Positions 1 to 12,654 of a stretch of DNA of 64,000 nucleotides are shown one piece after another. A program made the position numbers and the translations under genes. This DNA comes from Raillietiella orientalis (lineage: Eukaryota): positions 4,464,001 to 4,528,000 of the forward strand of contig JAYWIR010000008.1 of assembly GCA_036172245.1 (NCBI GenBank). The letters are read 5' to 3'. Under the pieces are notes generated by a model. The model worked only from the letters and a program-made list of their open reading frames with translations. It searched no databases and was not told the origin of the DNA. Every line of letters starts with the position of its first letter. The stretch's first letter is position 1.

Positions 1-1254
1 TAGATGAAGGGACACAGCTTCCAGGCGTTGGCGTCAAGCATGATGCTCCGGACGGGCGGACCGGGTCGCGCCCCAAAGAGTGACCTCGCGCATGGAGTGG
101 TCCGAACGCTGCCCGAATCGGGTTTTGTTCTGTTCAAATGGTTGGGTCCTTCTGCACTCGGTCCGGCGCCGGAATCGTCCGGCATTCGCGTGCACTTGCC
201 CTGTGGCAGATTTCCTGCACCATCCGCAGCTCGGTGATCTGCCTAGGTGGGAGGATTCGGGACCGAACGAGGGAAAGCAGCTGCGTGGGTCGACCCGTGA
301 AGGTATCCGTCTTTTTGCACGGAACCGGTCGTCGGCGCGAGGACCTCATGCTCCCAGGAGATTGCAAAGGAGGGCTTTTCCACTTATCTGCTTTTTTTTC
401 CTTTTTTTTTTTTTTTTTTTTTTCTTCTTCCTTTTTTTCGAATCGATCGAGATCTGAAAAGAATATCGTAGCGAATAGGCATCGTAGCATTTTTGTCTCT
501 CCGCTACTCGTCAGCGGAGCTTCGTGGAGCTGCAGATGCAATAGGAACGGATCCCGCCATTGTGGTTTCTGCTCCTGCAGCTGCATTGCTCCGCAGCACC
601 GGAAAGCAAAGGGCTCGCTCTAGGAGACCGTTCTTGAGCAGCATTGAGATAAATCAGAGGTTCGATCAGCGTGATGCTTCCTCCTCGAGGGTTCGTTGGC
701 AACAGCCGGGCACAGCACACCCATCGAGACTTCCACGCCTCAAGCAGTGGATGCTGTTTTTCTGCTCCGCCCCGATCAAACATCGTCTCCATTTTTTCCA
801 TTTCGATTCACATGTGCGTAACGTTCGTGCGTATGTTCTATGCGTTATGCGCATGCGCATGAGCTTCTTCCGTCTTTGCAGACACCTCCATTCAGTTTGA
901 CAACACGGAATGCCAGGATGCTCGGAATTTCCGGCTGAAGAGGGATGTGTGATCCGCGCTGCGTTTGCTGTGCCCAAAAAGACGCATTGTGGGTCATGCG
1001 ATGCGTCATGCGAGCGAAGCGTTGGCGAACGCGTGCGCGTGCGAGAAACCAAATGGCACTCACTCTTAGGCGGATCAGCAAATGTGTTTCCGGAAACCGT
1101 ACCGAAAACAGTCCTTGCACCCCCATGAAGCTGTCAGCCGCCACGGCGCACAACGCGAGGTCCCCCCGGGCACAGTGAGGGAAAGAGGGCTGGGCACACA
1201 CATGCCACCAAATGAAAGCAGGCCCTACTCGCCACCACAGGGACTCGTACCAAG

Positions 1255-1650
1255 TTCTTGCCTCTGAAGGGACTCTTTTCCGAAGGGAGCAGCGCACTTC
1301 TTACACTCTGGAGATGTGTCAGCCAGCTCCGTGGGAAGGCGAGGGAGGGCGGCTCCATTTTCCTTCACAACCGGGAGGGAAGCCCCGAAGGGAGCCGGCT
1401 CTCTGATTCCTGGAAGGATCCCGGAGGGTCGGCTTCCAGTCCCGGCCATTCAGCGGGAAGTCATCCGGCTTCTGCCGGTGCTGCACTCGAAGCCAACCGA
1501 GGCCAACCCGCGTCATCCTGCACTCGAAACTCACGACGCGCCCCTCCGTTCTCGGCATCCATCCTTCCTTCCCCCAGTGGGATTCGATCCCGCGACGCTT
1601 GGTGCCTAGACGCGCAGAGACCGCAGCCCCACGGCCGCCAATGCGGGCCG
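1255..1650 (-). mobile_element. tRNA-headed SINE-like repeat, copy 1 (3'-truncated)
   Basis: The reverse complement aligns by eye with 39456-40048 and 40426-41230: B-box-like GGGATCGAATCCC (rc of 1579-1591) and shared core GAAGCCG...TGGCCGGGA[C/T]TGGAAG[C/T]CGAC.CTCC. Confidence 0.65.
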
Positions 1651-4600
1651 AGTTCTTGGCTCGGCGGCGGCCGTGTGCTGTCTGAGCTTTTGCGGGTCCG
1701 AGTGACGGCGAACGTCATCAGCTGGCTTGTTTCCTGTTTCAGTACCCTCCCCCGCGAGTGACAGTGGGTTTAGAGCGAAAGCACATTCAGGTGCCAACGC
1801 TCTCTGTGGCGACCAGGGTAACCAAGTCACACGATGATGCTGACTATGCCTGCGGGTTCGCTTCTCCTCCTCATCGGATGGATATGATCCGAGTGATGTG
1901 GAGTCGGACTTCTTACTGTCTCTATTCTCTGTATCAGCTTCGACAAATGGACTCAATGGAGTCCATTTGTCGAAGATGCTTGCCGTCCCTCCGCGCGGAC
2001 TCTGTTCTCACCAAATCCCTCTTATCTGTAAGTCCGTCCTCACGTTCCGTCTTAGACTCACGGGGAAGAAATTTGTGGGAGCTGAAAGATTCGATTCGGC
2101 TGAGGGGGAGGGGGGGGGATAGAGGGTTTCTTGCTTTCCGGTTCGTTCATCGGGATGTTCTTCCCAGGACATTCCACGGCATTCAGGTCTGGCGTATGTG
2201 TGAGCGCACGAGTGTCTCCAGGTGGGATTGGAAGAGGTGGAAAGCCGTCAGCTTTATGGATGGGTTTCGGGGTGCACACTTCCCCCTCCTTCGAGAAGCG
2301 AGTGGACGTCGGTCATTCGGCGCGATAGAGCTATGTACCAGGTTGTGGATTTCACATCGCAATTACCAAATCGTGCTGACGGATCGAGCCTGCCCCCCGC
2401 ATTCTTTCGCATGTGCTGCCCAATAGGTTCTCCCACCTACAGAAGGAGGCAGCAGCTAAGCTCCCTTCGCCTCTTGCGTTCGCTCTGCAGATGACCAGTG
2501 CGGTGTTTCCCCCAGGTGTTGTTCTGAGCTTGTTTCCCCGCGTTCGGTTCACGAACGCTACGAAATACGGTAGTAGATGTCACATGATAGTAGATGAGTT
2601 GATTGTAGAGAGTCATTCATGCCATATGGGAAATGGACGAGTAGACCATGGTTAATCGGATGACGTTCACAATGCTATGAAAGGAATGATGGCTCCAAGA
2701 ATCGTTGGGGCAAGAATGAGGCCTATGGTTGTAGACAAACGATGAATAGTGAAGCTGGGTTTTGTCTCCTAGAAGAGTGATGGTTGATAGTCACCAAGAG
2801 TTATTCACGATTGGCAGGAGTCAGTAATGGAAGGGCAGCATTGGGCAGTATTCGTGATTTTCGAATCATCATTAATGAAACGGATGAGAATGGAGGGAGG
2901 GGAAAGAGTTTGCGAAGATGCAGGTGAATAAGAAGGGTGATGATGCTGTTTATGAAACTCCTATCTGATACCAAATGTATAAGGGGCTAATACGAAAACC
3001 AAACCCATTTCTTTTCCCTACAGAGTAGAATAGAAAAGTCGACCCGTAGAGCTGTGGAAACCTACAGAGTAGGTCTCTGCAATTTTTTTCCCCCGTGCCA
3101 GCAGCCATCGATCTGATTGCGAACCGTGAGTGGTCAATCAGATGTTCCATCAAACGTTGTTTCTTTACGCCCTCACTTCTTGCAAGAATTGGGGCTGTTG
3201 AACCGCCGAACAGCATTGGTATTGCATCCTCCGTGGTAGATTCTCGGAGCCTCTGCTTCGAGTTTCCGCACGTTTTGTGTGAGAGCTCGGAGCAGAGGAG
3301 GAGCAAATGCATCCCAAGTCTTGGGATTTGGAACGCTCCTTTAGTGCTGAACGAAACGATATGCGATTCTTGTTTGAGAATCCTCTTTTGGACCCCGAGC
3401 TTGGTCGAAGATCCCAAGCCAAAAGATTGTGGTCCTGCTGTTGCAGCATCCCATTTCTCGCAAAGTTCTGATTTGTAGCACACCTTCATCACCAAGCGAC
3501 GCCTCTCAACCAGAAACTGCTTTCTCATGCCGTAGATCAGCGAATGGAGCGTCTCCTAGGGAAAGATATTCCCATATGCTGTTAACTGGGATGAAAGAAG
3601 CTCGCAGGCACACGCCGGAGTCCTACCAGCAAAATACGGAAGAGCGAGATAAAGTCGTTCCAACTTCCGTTTCCTCTTTTCTTCGGACGCTTGGCATGGT
3701 GTTTCTTCTGGCTCCCTAGCAACGCTTCGCTCTGCAATTCGTTCAGCTGGTCTTCAGCTTCTCTCCGCAAGTCCGAGCACCCGGAATTTCCTTTTGCTCA
3801 TTTAGGAGTCGAAGGAACGAGAATCGCGCTCCTTGGACTCGACTTCGGGCGTTCATTTTGGCTTCCCTTTCCGGTTCGGCGCTTTCCATCCGTTTCTCGA
3901 GGAGGTTCTTCGTGCAAGATGTGACCTTGCGGGTCCCTTCGTGGTAGGGTGGTTGGTTTCCTCCTTCCGAATTTGCGAGCAGATGACGTGTTTTCTGGTC
4001 AGGGTGCACGAAGCGAACCGCTCTGTTGGTGTGTCCGTATGTTCCTTGCACCGGTTGCGCCAGCCTTCTCAGCTGTGCTTTCGGCTGACGTTTTTGGGAG
4101 GATACCACCCGGTTGAGATTCTCTCTTGACACCTCCGTTTCACTGGTTTGCAGCTTTGCGTATCCGGTTCGGGGAAGGGCACGAGTGACACGAAGGCTGG
4201 CTCGTGCCACTCTTCAGAAAAACGGATGCGCGTTCGTGGTTTCCCTCTACCATGCAGCGTCTCCCCTAGCGGGGTTGCGTGAACCTCCTAGGGAAGTTGA
4301 GGGATTTCCGAACGTAAATCTTTTTTTTTTTTTTTTTTTTTAATCTTGGAAGAAAGGTTGGTCTTGCGAAAGCATTCGTCACTGTGCACAGCATCCGGAG
4401 AGAATGCATTCGCTTCCCGGGGTTCGGAAATTCCTTGAGAAAGAGGGACAGGCGGGGGAGCTTTCGAACCTCGGGACTACGGGACGGGCGCATCTTTCAG
4501 TGAAGGGGTATCTGGGATGCGAGAGCAGTCCTTGGTTCGGAAACTGGTCTGGGTGAGGACAGTAGCTCTCCAGAAGAGTTGGGTCGTTTGACCTGGGGCC

Positions 4601-5305
4601 TTGCTTATCCACCTTTGTGGGCAGCTCAGCGCCCTTAGTGCAATGAGGGCACGCTCCCCTTTGGCGCATTTCCCTGAGGAACGGCGGTTCAAAATGAAAT
4701 TTCGTTCATGCCTTGCTGTCCCTGACTTCTCTTTTACTTGCGTGAACGCAAGTAAAAGAGAAGCAATGATCTCGCAATGATCTCTCATCTTATTCTCGCA
4801 ATGATCTTTAGCACGAAGAGCTTCTCTGCTTTCAATAAATGGTATAAAGCTCATTCGCATCTCCTCAACATGTGGAGGATGTGGTTATTTTTGCCTCGAA
4901 TCGAGAATTTCCTGGTTCGCTGCATCTTCCAGTCACGTCTCGCCAGAAAAAGAATGAATCACGTGAACCGAGTCCAATCAGGTTAAAACTAAAACACCTG
5001 TCAGAGTCCACGATTTTGCATTCGCAGACTTTCCCCTTCGTTTTTATCTGTCTCGTGTTCATCCGTGGTGGTTTTCATGTCTTGTTTATGACCTCATGTC
5101 AGTTGCCAGATCAATAAAACCTTCTCAGTGCACGAAGAGCTGATGTCTCACACAAGTGAAAGCTGCTGAGGTCTTGTCTTCGTTTGTTTTGTCATGTCGC
5201 TCAGTTGTTCTCATGCAACACGGCATTAGAAGCAACTTTCGGTAACCCTCCGAGTATTTTTCTTTTTTTCTTTCGTGTGGTTCTCCGCAGGAGTTTCGCA
5301 CAGTT

Positions 5306-5362
5306 TGGTTAGGTAGGTTAGGTTAGGTCAGTTTGGTGGGCAGGTAGGTTAGGTTAGGTTAG
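5306..5362 (+). repeat. Interstitial (TTAGG)n-like pentamer repeat in two short blocks
   Basis: ggttaggtaggttaggttagg ... ggtaggttaggttaggttag; TTAGG is the common arthropod telomeric unit. Confidence 0.7.
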
Positions 5363-5729
5363 ATTGGCATTTTTCTTTCTTCTCGGTCCGGAACTCGGTG
5401 TTGAACTTCGTGACTTTTGAAATTCGGCGTGCTTTTTTGGGACATGATTCTCTGTGGTCTTTCGGAGTGCGTGCCTCACAGAATTCCCTGTTCCCCCTTA
5501 GGGATGATGTTTGCCGAAATGCCGTGTAAGCGGGATTTGCAGAGAAGTGGGGGGGGGGGGGGGGGGGAAGGAAGACTGGCGGAGGGTTACCGATTCCTGG
5601 TACACAGAGTGCACCTTCTCACGAGCATTTTTCTTCTCACTTCCAGGAACTTCCCATCAGGATGAAAGGCTGTCGCTCCAATGATGCTCCGTCCCTTTCT
5701 CGTGGGTTGCGAGCCTTCAGCGCTGCAAC

Positions 5730-8700
5730 ATGAAAGACAAGGAGTTCAAGAAATCCTCCTTTTACGTGTGGTTCCTCGGGGCTCAGGAGGATCAGTATGC
5801 CCGTGATCCTGGATTCGTGCGTTCGAGCATCCACCATTTTCTCGAGAAGGAGAAGCTGTCCGAGCCGGCGAAGGTTACCCTGCAGCTAAATGCGAAAGGG
5901 CTGAAGGTTATACAGCACGTCATGGGATGCGTTTCCGGGAGCCGTTGCGACGTGCTGAAGATCTTCCTTCCTTGTGGCACGATCAAGTACATCATACAGG
6001 AGGAATATCCGAACGATGACGTCGTGTCGTGCGTACAGCTGGTCGGCGAGCGAGTGATGTTCATGCGCGTGTCGTCCTACCGCTGCGACTCCGCCGCGAC
6101 CGCCCTCATCCTCCGAGGCAAGCTGGAAGCGTTGCTGAGGATATCCGAGCACCTTGCCGCGAGTCAAGACAGGCAAAATTGCCCGAAGGAACGTTCCGGA
6201 AACAGGAGCGTCCGTGATTCCCTCTCGTCCTCCTCTTCATCGCAGAACGAGTTCATCGGAAAGAACCACAGCGCCCTTGGGCTGTGCGACTCCCTCGCCA
6301 GGGAGCTGAAGACCAAACTGGAGAGGAGCCGGACAATCGGAGAACCCCTGCTGCTGCCCCCAAAAGACTATGATCCGCCTTCTCACCCACGCAGTGTGAA
6401 CGCCGCCAATGAGTCTCGCAGAGAAGAGAACCAGACCCATCTCGAGTGCACCATCACGAAAAGGTCCTCCAGTGCGAAATCAAGCGGGATCGGATCGGAC
6501 GAAACATCCAGCCCCATCCACGAGAAATTATCATCCATTGACCTCAAGGAGAAAAAAAGTGCAGATAGTATGCAGTCTTATTCTTTTGTGGTCGGAGCGC
6601 GCGTATCCTTGGATTGTATTTTGCTCGAAGCATAGAAACATTCTGCGGGGTCGCGAGGTGCACGAGCGTGCTTTTTTCCACGGCGCTGCCTTTTGACCAC
6701 AGTGCCTCTGGGGGAGGGGAGACGCACGCATCGTTCCTCTCGTTCTCTTCGCACCGCGCGCGCACGTGGTACACGCGCACCGGGACGAGTGTACGTGGTG
6801 ACAAGGTACGCGGGGGTAAGTCTGGTTGAAGGAGGGCTATTGAGAGGAAGGCATCCTTTGCCGTGACGGACGCGTTCCTCCCGTCTCGAGCTGTTCCCGC
6901 CGCTTCCCGTGCCGCGAAACGGAACCAAGAGAACGCACCATCTGACGGTTCGTGGCTACGCTCGACCGGGACTCTTTCCACACGTGACGGTGGTGGGCTC
7001 TCGCAACAACGTAGCAATTTAAGGATAAGTAAGGATACGGGAAACAGTCGCTGTAGCCTTTTTTTTAACAAAGGGAGGGGGAAAAAAAAAAAGATCGAGC
7101 TGTCGCCCACTATCGGCAGTGAAATGGATGTTCGTTTTTTTTTTTTTTTTCAAAAAAGAAAGGAAGGGAGGAAGGGGGGGAGAGAGAGGCAATCATGAAA
7201 ATAAAATTCAGGAGGTGAACTGAGATGAATGCGTGATAAAAATGAATTCTTTTAATACGTTATTTGTCCGGTAAGAGCCAGCAGGTCTTCGGACAAAATG
7301 CTCACGGATTCCTGTGCATGATTGCGTGAGTGAGGTTCACCGGAGAAACGCAGAGATGCTGAGGTGTGGTGGTTTAAGCAAGATTGCACGTCGCTCTCCC
7401 GCTGGCGGATTTTCCGATGAAGCAATGGACCTGGTAGTCCCGACCGGTTTGCTTCGACACGATGGTTACTCCGTCTCCTCCGGCTTTTTTCCGAAGCACA
7501 CAACTTCCACCGCGATTCCCAGCCTGTAACCGATCATCCACATGTGGAACTCCTTATCAGTGGACCGCACTCAGGGTGGTTCGTCTTGCGAGGCTGCAGC
7601 GCCTTCCAGAGGCACTGCGAGACGGTCGCTTCCCGTGACTCGTGCGGTCGAGAACTCCTGGGCATCCCGTTGCATGCGAAAGCCTGGTCTCAGCACAGCG
7701 GATCACAAGATCTGCGTGTGTGCCTTTGTGAAGAATTCCTTTTCCATCGGGCCCGTCGTCTGATAGCCGGGCAAACCACTCGAACAACCCGAATTCCTTC
7801 CAGCGCGCTCGCACGTGTTACACATCGTATCCCGCAGATGTGTGTGTGGGTTGCGAGACCCACTGTGGCGCTCCTCGGAGAACGGACTCGATTATCCATG
7901 GTGGACGCCGAATAACGAACCGATTTGTTCTTCGCAAGTCCGTAATCTTCTTCTTCTTCTTTTTAAGAGCGTTCCGAGCTTGATTTCGATGTTACTCGGA
8001 CTTTGGTCCGAATCTTTCCGAGCTGCTCAAGCAGTCTGCCCACTTTGCGGAGACGTTTGGGGTGCTGCAGAACGCCTTCCGCTGACTTCCGCTTCGGTGC
8101 GCAACCACGGGCCGCTCGTTGTTTGGGCTACAACACACCGTGCCAGGGGCTTTGTGTTGGTGTACTGATCGAAAGAGCAACCGCATTTTCAGAGCACAAG
8201 CACGAGCCGACCCACGTTCACGCATTGAATCAGCATGTTCTCACGTTCATCGACTCAGAATTCGATAATCAAGTGAGCGTCACACCTCCCCGCCGACCCG
8301 CCGAATCCAGACAGCGGTCTCCCTCGACGGTCAAGTCGGAGGGGCTCCCCAGAATCAGCCTGGAGCGCGCAGCCAAACCTCCTCCTAACGTGCTGAGAAG
8401 AGCAGAGAGCGACTTCAACAACTCTTCAGTCTCCAGTCCCCCAGGCGTGACGCACGGCAGAAAAGACAGTGCTGGTGAAAAGTCTCCCAATCGCAAACAA
8501 AAGCTGACGACTTGCCAGTGGTTCCGGCATGAACTTCTGAATCGGTTTTCCGGGGTGAAACAGATAAAGACTAAGGAACACGAACGCTTGAATCAGTGTA
8601 CGTACACAGAGCTGAAAGCCTCGGAACGCTATCCTGGTTTGGACCGCTGCGGGGCTCGTTTGCACTACCATTCGATGCTGCAGCTGCCTGAACCCAAAGT

Positions 8701-8803
8701 GACCCCTCTTTTCGAGCGCCACGACCTTCCTCCAAGACTGGCACGCAACAGCTACGCTGAACCAAGCCCAAGAACGCTGCTCCTCAGATTAGGAAGGGAG
8801 TAA
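5730..8803 (+). CDS. PTB/PID-domain protein (arthropod CG12581-like family), 2 coding exons 5730-6567 and 8259-8803, ~460 aa
   Basis: N-terminal FYVWFLG...KVTLQL...KGLKVIQ...DDVVSC...YRCDS matches a phosphotyrosine-interaction fold family I recall from arthropods, followed by a LARELKTKL...PLLLPPKDYD motif. The phase-1 donor GTATGC at 6568 joins the phase-1 acceptor CAG ending 8258 in frame with the 8003-8803 ORF (total 1383 nt, divisible by 3). AATAAA lies ~10 nt after the stop. A small extra internal exon cannot be excluded. Confidence 0.75.
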
Positions 8804-8811
8804 CATCTTCA

Positions 8812-8817
8812 AAATAA
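8812..8817 (+). promoter_or_regulatory. Polyadenylation signal of the PTB-domain gene
   Basis: AATAAA just after TAA (8801-8803), followed by T-rich sequence. Confidence 0.55.
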
Positions 8818-11800
8818 AACTTATTTATTTGAGAAAATCCGTGTTTTTGTTTTCCTCTCTCCTCCTCCCCCCTCAGTTGCTGTTTTCAATTTCAGGAAGA
8901 CGAACTCTGTATTTTGAAACCACTGCCCTTTGGTGTGTTTCCAAGGCATTTCATCGCCGCCTTCTTTTGTCTTTTTTCTCATCCCGGTGTCTCGTCACCA
9001 ACGCTGCAGAATGCCTGTCTGAGCCTCCACTGTAAATCGAAACCGAGTGCGATCCGATGTTTGGGAAGTCTTCGACAGCTGCAGACGCGTTCATGAGCGA
9101 CTTTTGCCGGCGGGATGGGCAGCGCTCTCCTCCTGTCGCTGTTCCATCGCTGCACGCACTTCAGATCTCTTCGAACGTCTTTTTTTTTACATGTGGGATT
9201 TTGGGTCTCAAGCACAAGATCCACGTCGAGATGCGGTTCGTGACAACCTTCGCATCACGGGGTTCTGATTGGCTGGACGTGTCTTCGGGCGAAATTTTTG
9301 GGGGATGTTGTGATTCAAGGACAGTTTCGCATTTCTCGTTTTAAGGAGTAGCGCTCCCGCAGGTGTGCCAAAGGGTTCCGCTTGAGGTCATTCCCCCAAC
9401 ACTACGTTGAGGAAAATTGCAGACGCACGTCGAATCGGATCGCACATTGCCCTGCATTGCTCCTTCTCTCCAACCCTTTCACGACGAGAACGCGTGGTGC
9501 GCTGCTTCCTAAATCTGCCCAGCAAACACCGCCTGCCCCTGTGGGATGGGAATTCTGTTTTCTTACCGCTGCACCTTTGCTGTTTCTCCAAAAGTTTCTG
9601 CAGATGCGAATCAATGTCTTCCACAGGATGGGACGAGCTCTGTTTGTGTTTTTTTTTTTTTTTTTGGCCTTCCCATTGATGTGCTGCAAACGAAAGGATA
9701 CCTTGCCGACAACGTGCAAGAAGAGTAGGGAAATTCATTCGTCTTGCAGAAAGACCGCGAAGGATCTGGGGTGGCTGCTGCTGTTGGTTGCTCTTTCCTT
9801 TTGACTCCGTGTGGAATTGGAGGAGGACAGCCTATTTCGATAAAAGAAATTTTGAATCTCATTTCGAAGGCAAAGAAAAAGAAAAAGATCCACACAAAGA
9901 TGTGCTGTATTTCCAGGGAGGTTCAAAGGGTCCTCGAAAATCCCAGCAGTGCGTGAAATGTCAGAATTCGAATTAACCACTTCGTTCTGACTAGGTGTAT
10001 CAATATAGGCCACTGAGAGTTCTCGAGGGTGTGGACACTGTGGGTGGATCATGGATTTTTGACTCATGTGAATTCATTCCATGTTAAATAATGGTAGGAT
10101 GAACTCCAAATGAACAAATGGGGATGAAAAGTGTGGTCGTTCGGGTGAGTACAACGTGGTCTCCAGAATCCCTGTCTGCTACTGTAGCTCTTGGACGATG
10201 TGGTTGAGTCCATAAAAAGTTTGCTACAGGTACAAGACAGAAATCATGTCATGCAAAAGTTCTGATTGCAATGAAGAAGAAGAAGAAAAAAAAAAAGATT
10301 TCCTTTCTGAGTGCTCTGGATAGAAGATCATCAGTGAGGTCGAAGTACAAGACGTTTTTGTCAGATCTTTGCGGGTGATTTCATAAAACCAACTCGGATC
10401 CACAGAATGTTTGTAGTCTTTCTTAGAATGCTTTTGTTTTATTCTCTTCACGTCGCGATTGCTCTCCTCGTCATTTCCTAAATGATGTTTTGATTTGGTT
10501 AGATCAAAGAACCGGTTAGATCATGGCTTATTAAATGACTAGCCACAGGGACGTTACATCACATTGAAGCCCGTTGCCTTGTTTTCGTCTTTTGGTCGAG
10601 ATTTGCATGTGTATCCTTCTTCGGCGTCCCGCATCATGGGTGTTCCGGCATAATCAAGCAGGTCCTGGGTGCACTCGGTCCATTCTTCCTCTACGAAATG
10701 TACCTACTGAATTCCTTTCCAGTGGGGTCCATGAGTGCAACAGAAGCGCAGAAGACTCATCCAGGCAAACATTCCTCATCCAATCCCTATGAACAGTGGG
10801 TTCGTAGGAGCAGTTCTGTCTTTTTTTTCCCCCTTTTCTCCCGTGTATCCCTTCCAACTTGCAACAAGGATCCCTTTTCAAAGCTAATCTCACTGCCTAC
10901 ATCGGAGTGTGCATCACACCGAGTGCTCAATTGATGAAAGTAGAAATAATTTGAAAAACTGATTTGTGCTTAAATCATACACACAAAACGAAAAAAACTA
11001 CGATGACAGGATCATGAAATTAGTGCACCCGAAACACCTTTGACACATTACTTAGCTGAATTATCGTTACAGGTTTTCTTAATTCCTTAATTTAAATTGG
11101 TTGTTTTCCTCAGAACCCTTGCTTATTTCATGATACACGGAAAGAAAACGAATCGAAGCATTCACATTGAAAATACATAAAGCGTTTTTGGGATGTAAGG
11201 TCAGTTCGCGCTCCTGTTTTTCCCTTTGGAAAATCTGTGCAAGTTCGCTACATGCAAATCGTACATAGTTTTGTATTGGAGAGTACATTGTAATGCAATT
11301 TAATGAATCGCCAACATATGGAACTGTGATCGCTCGTTAAATTGGGTGATCTGCCTTGGCAATTCGACTACAAAAATTATTCATAAGACCTTGAGTTTTA
11401 GAAGAAACGTTGTTGCCATGAAATCGCAATTGAGTTTTGCATTTTCTAATCGTAGGAACTGTGGACTGAGAAGTCAGACGGCAGGAGGCTAACCTGAGGA
11501 AATGTTTTTTTTTGAAATTCCATTATAGAGCTTTTCCTATGGTTTGCTCCTTACCGTGAATCTGCAAAAGTTGCTTAACATTATTAAAAGTACGAATACT
11601 AACAAAATTCTCCTCCTGTTTCACTTTATTATTATTAGGAACACGACATTACCCTTGCATGGAGATTCCCAATTGAATGTGCAAGTCCATTATCTGTACC
11701 CTGCTAAACTTAATACAAAACAAAAAATATATATTTAATAATCACAATATTAGGTTTCCTTCCCAAACAGTTTTAGGTAACAGTCAAGCGTTCATTCTAT

Positions 11801-12654
11801 TTCAAATACTCAGCTAAGAAGAAAGCTGAGAGGGATGGATTCAAATGTTTTAATTCAAATTTAAGATCACTGCTTCATTGCATGAAATTATGTTTTAAAG
11901 CAAACGTGCTATGGGGCTACACATTTATTTTATTTATGCATCTATGTTGTTTCAGTCAATCATAAAAACTCACTGTGTTTTTCGGTGATTATATAACAAA
12001 CCCTTTAGGGGAAAAAAAGAATCTAATCAGTATTTAAAAAAAAAAAAAAAGACAGGAATAATTATTCTTAGCTTTATTAAAGGACAATTTTCAAGAGTGG
12101 ATCTCCAGAATTTCTTGGTTTATTCAGAAACTCGATTTATTTCCTGATTCGGTTAGAAACCTGAATACATAAACATGAAATTTTAAAAACTTCTGATTCA
12201 GTCTCTTCAATCAAACATGAAAATGTAGAATTTTCCTGTATAAATAAACTGTAGGCACACCTACAGGGAAATTCTTGAATAGGATGGATTTCAGAATAGG
12301 ATTACATAAGCCTCAAATTGTGCTTTCGTTCGATATCATCACCGTTGTCGTGTTACCATTTTTCGTGATCCAAGATTACGTAAATCTTGGAAAATACATA
12401 ACAGAAAAAATGTAACTCGGGAAACTAATAACTCACAAAGAGAATTACTCTCAGGAAACCAATTTCCTATTGGTATTTTTCAATTTCTTGGCACCGTGGA
12501 AATTCGTGTGATTCTTCATATTCGTAATAGTGAAACAGCACTTCCGTATTTGATAATTCTGCTTGTGCTACAGCAAATGTACGGTGGTATCATACAAGCA
12601 AACAGGTAGTGCTTTGTGGTCGTATCGGAAATGCAGCACAATCAGGCGACGTCT

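Noticed and set aside
2950..4860. Series of minus-strand ORFs (192, 155 and 127 aa)
   Set aside because: No recognisable domain and no consistent splice chain; cannot be supported as a gene.
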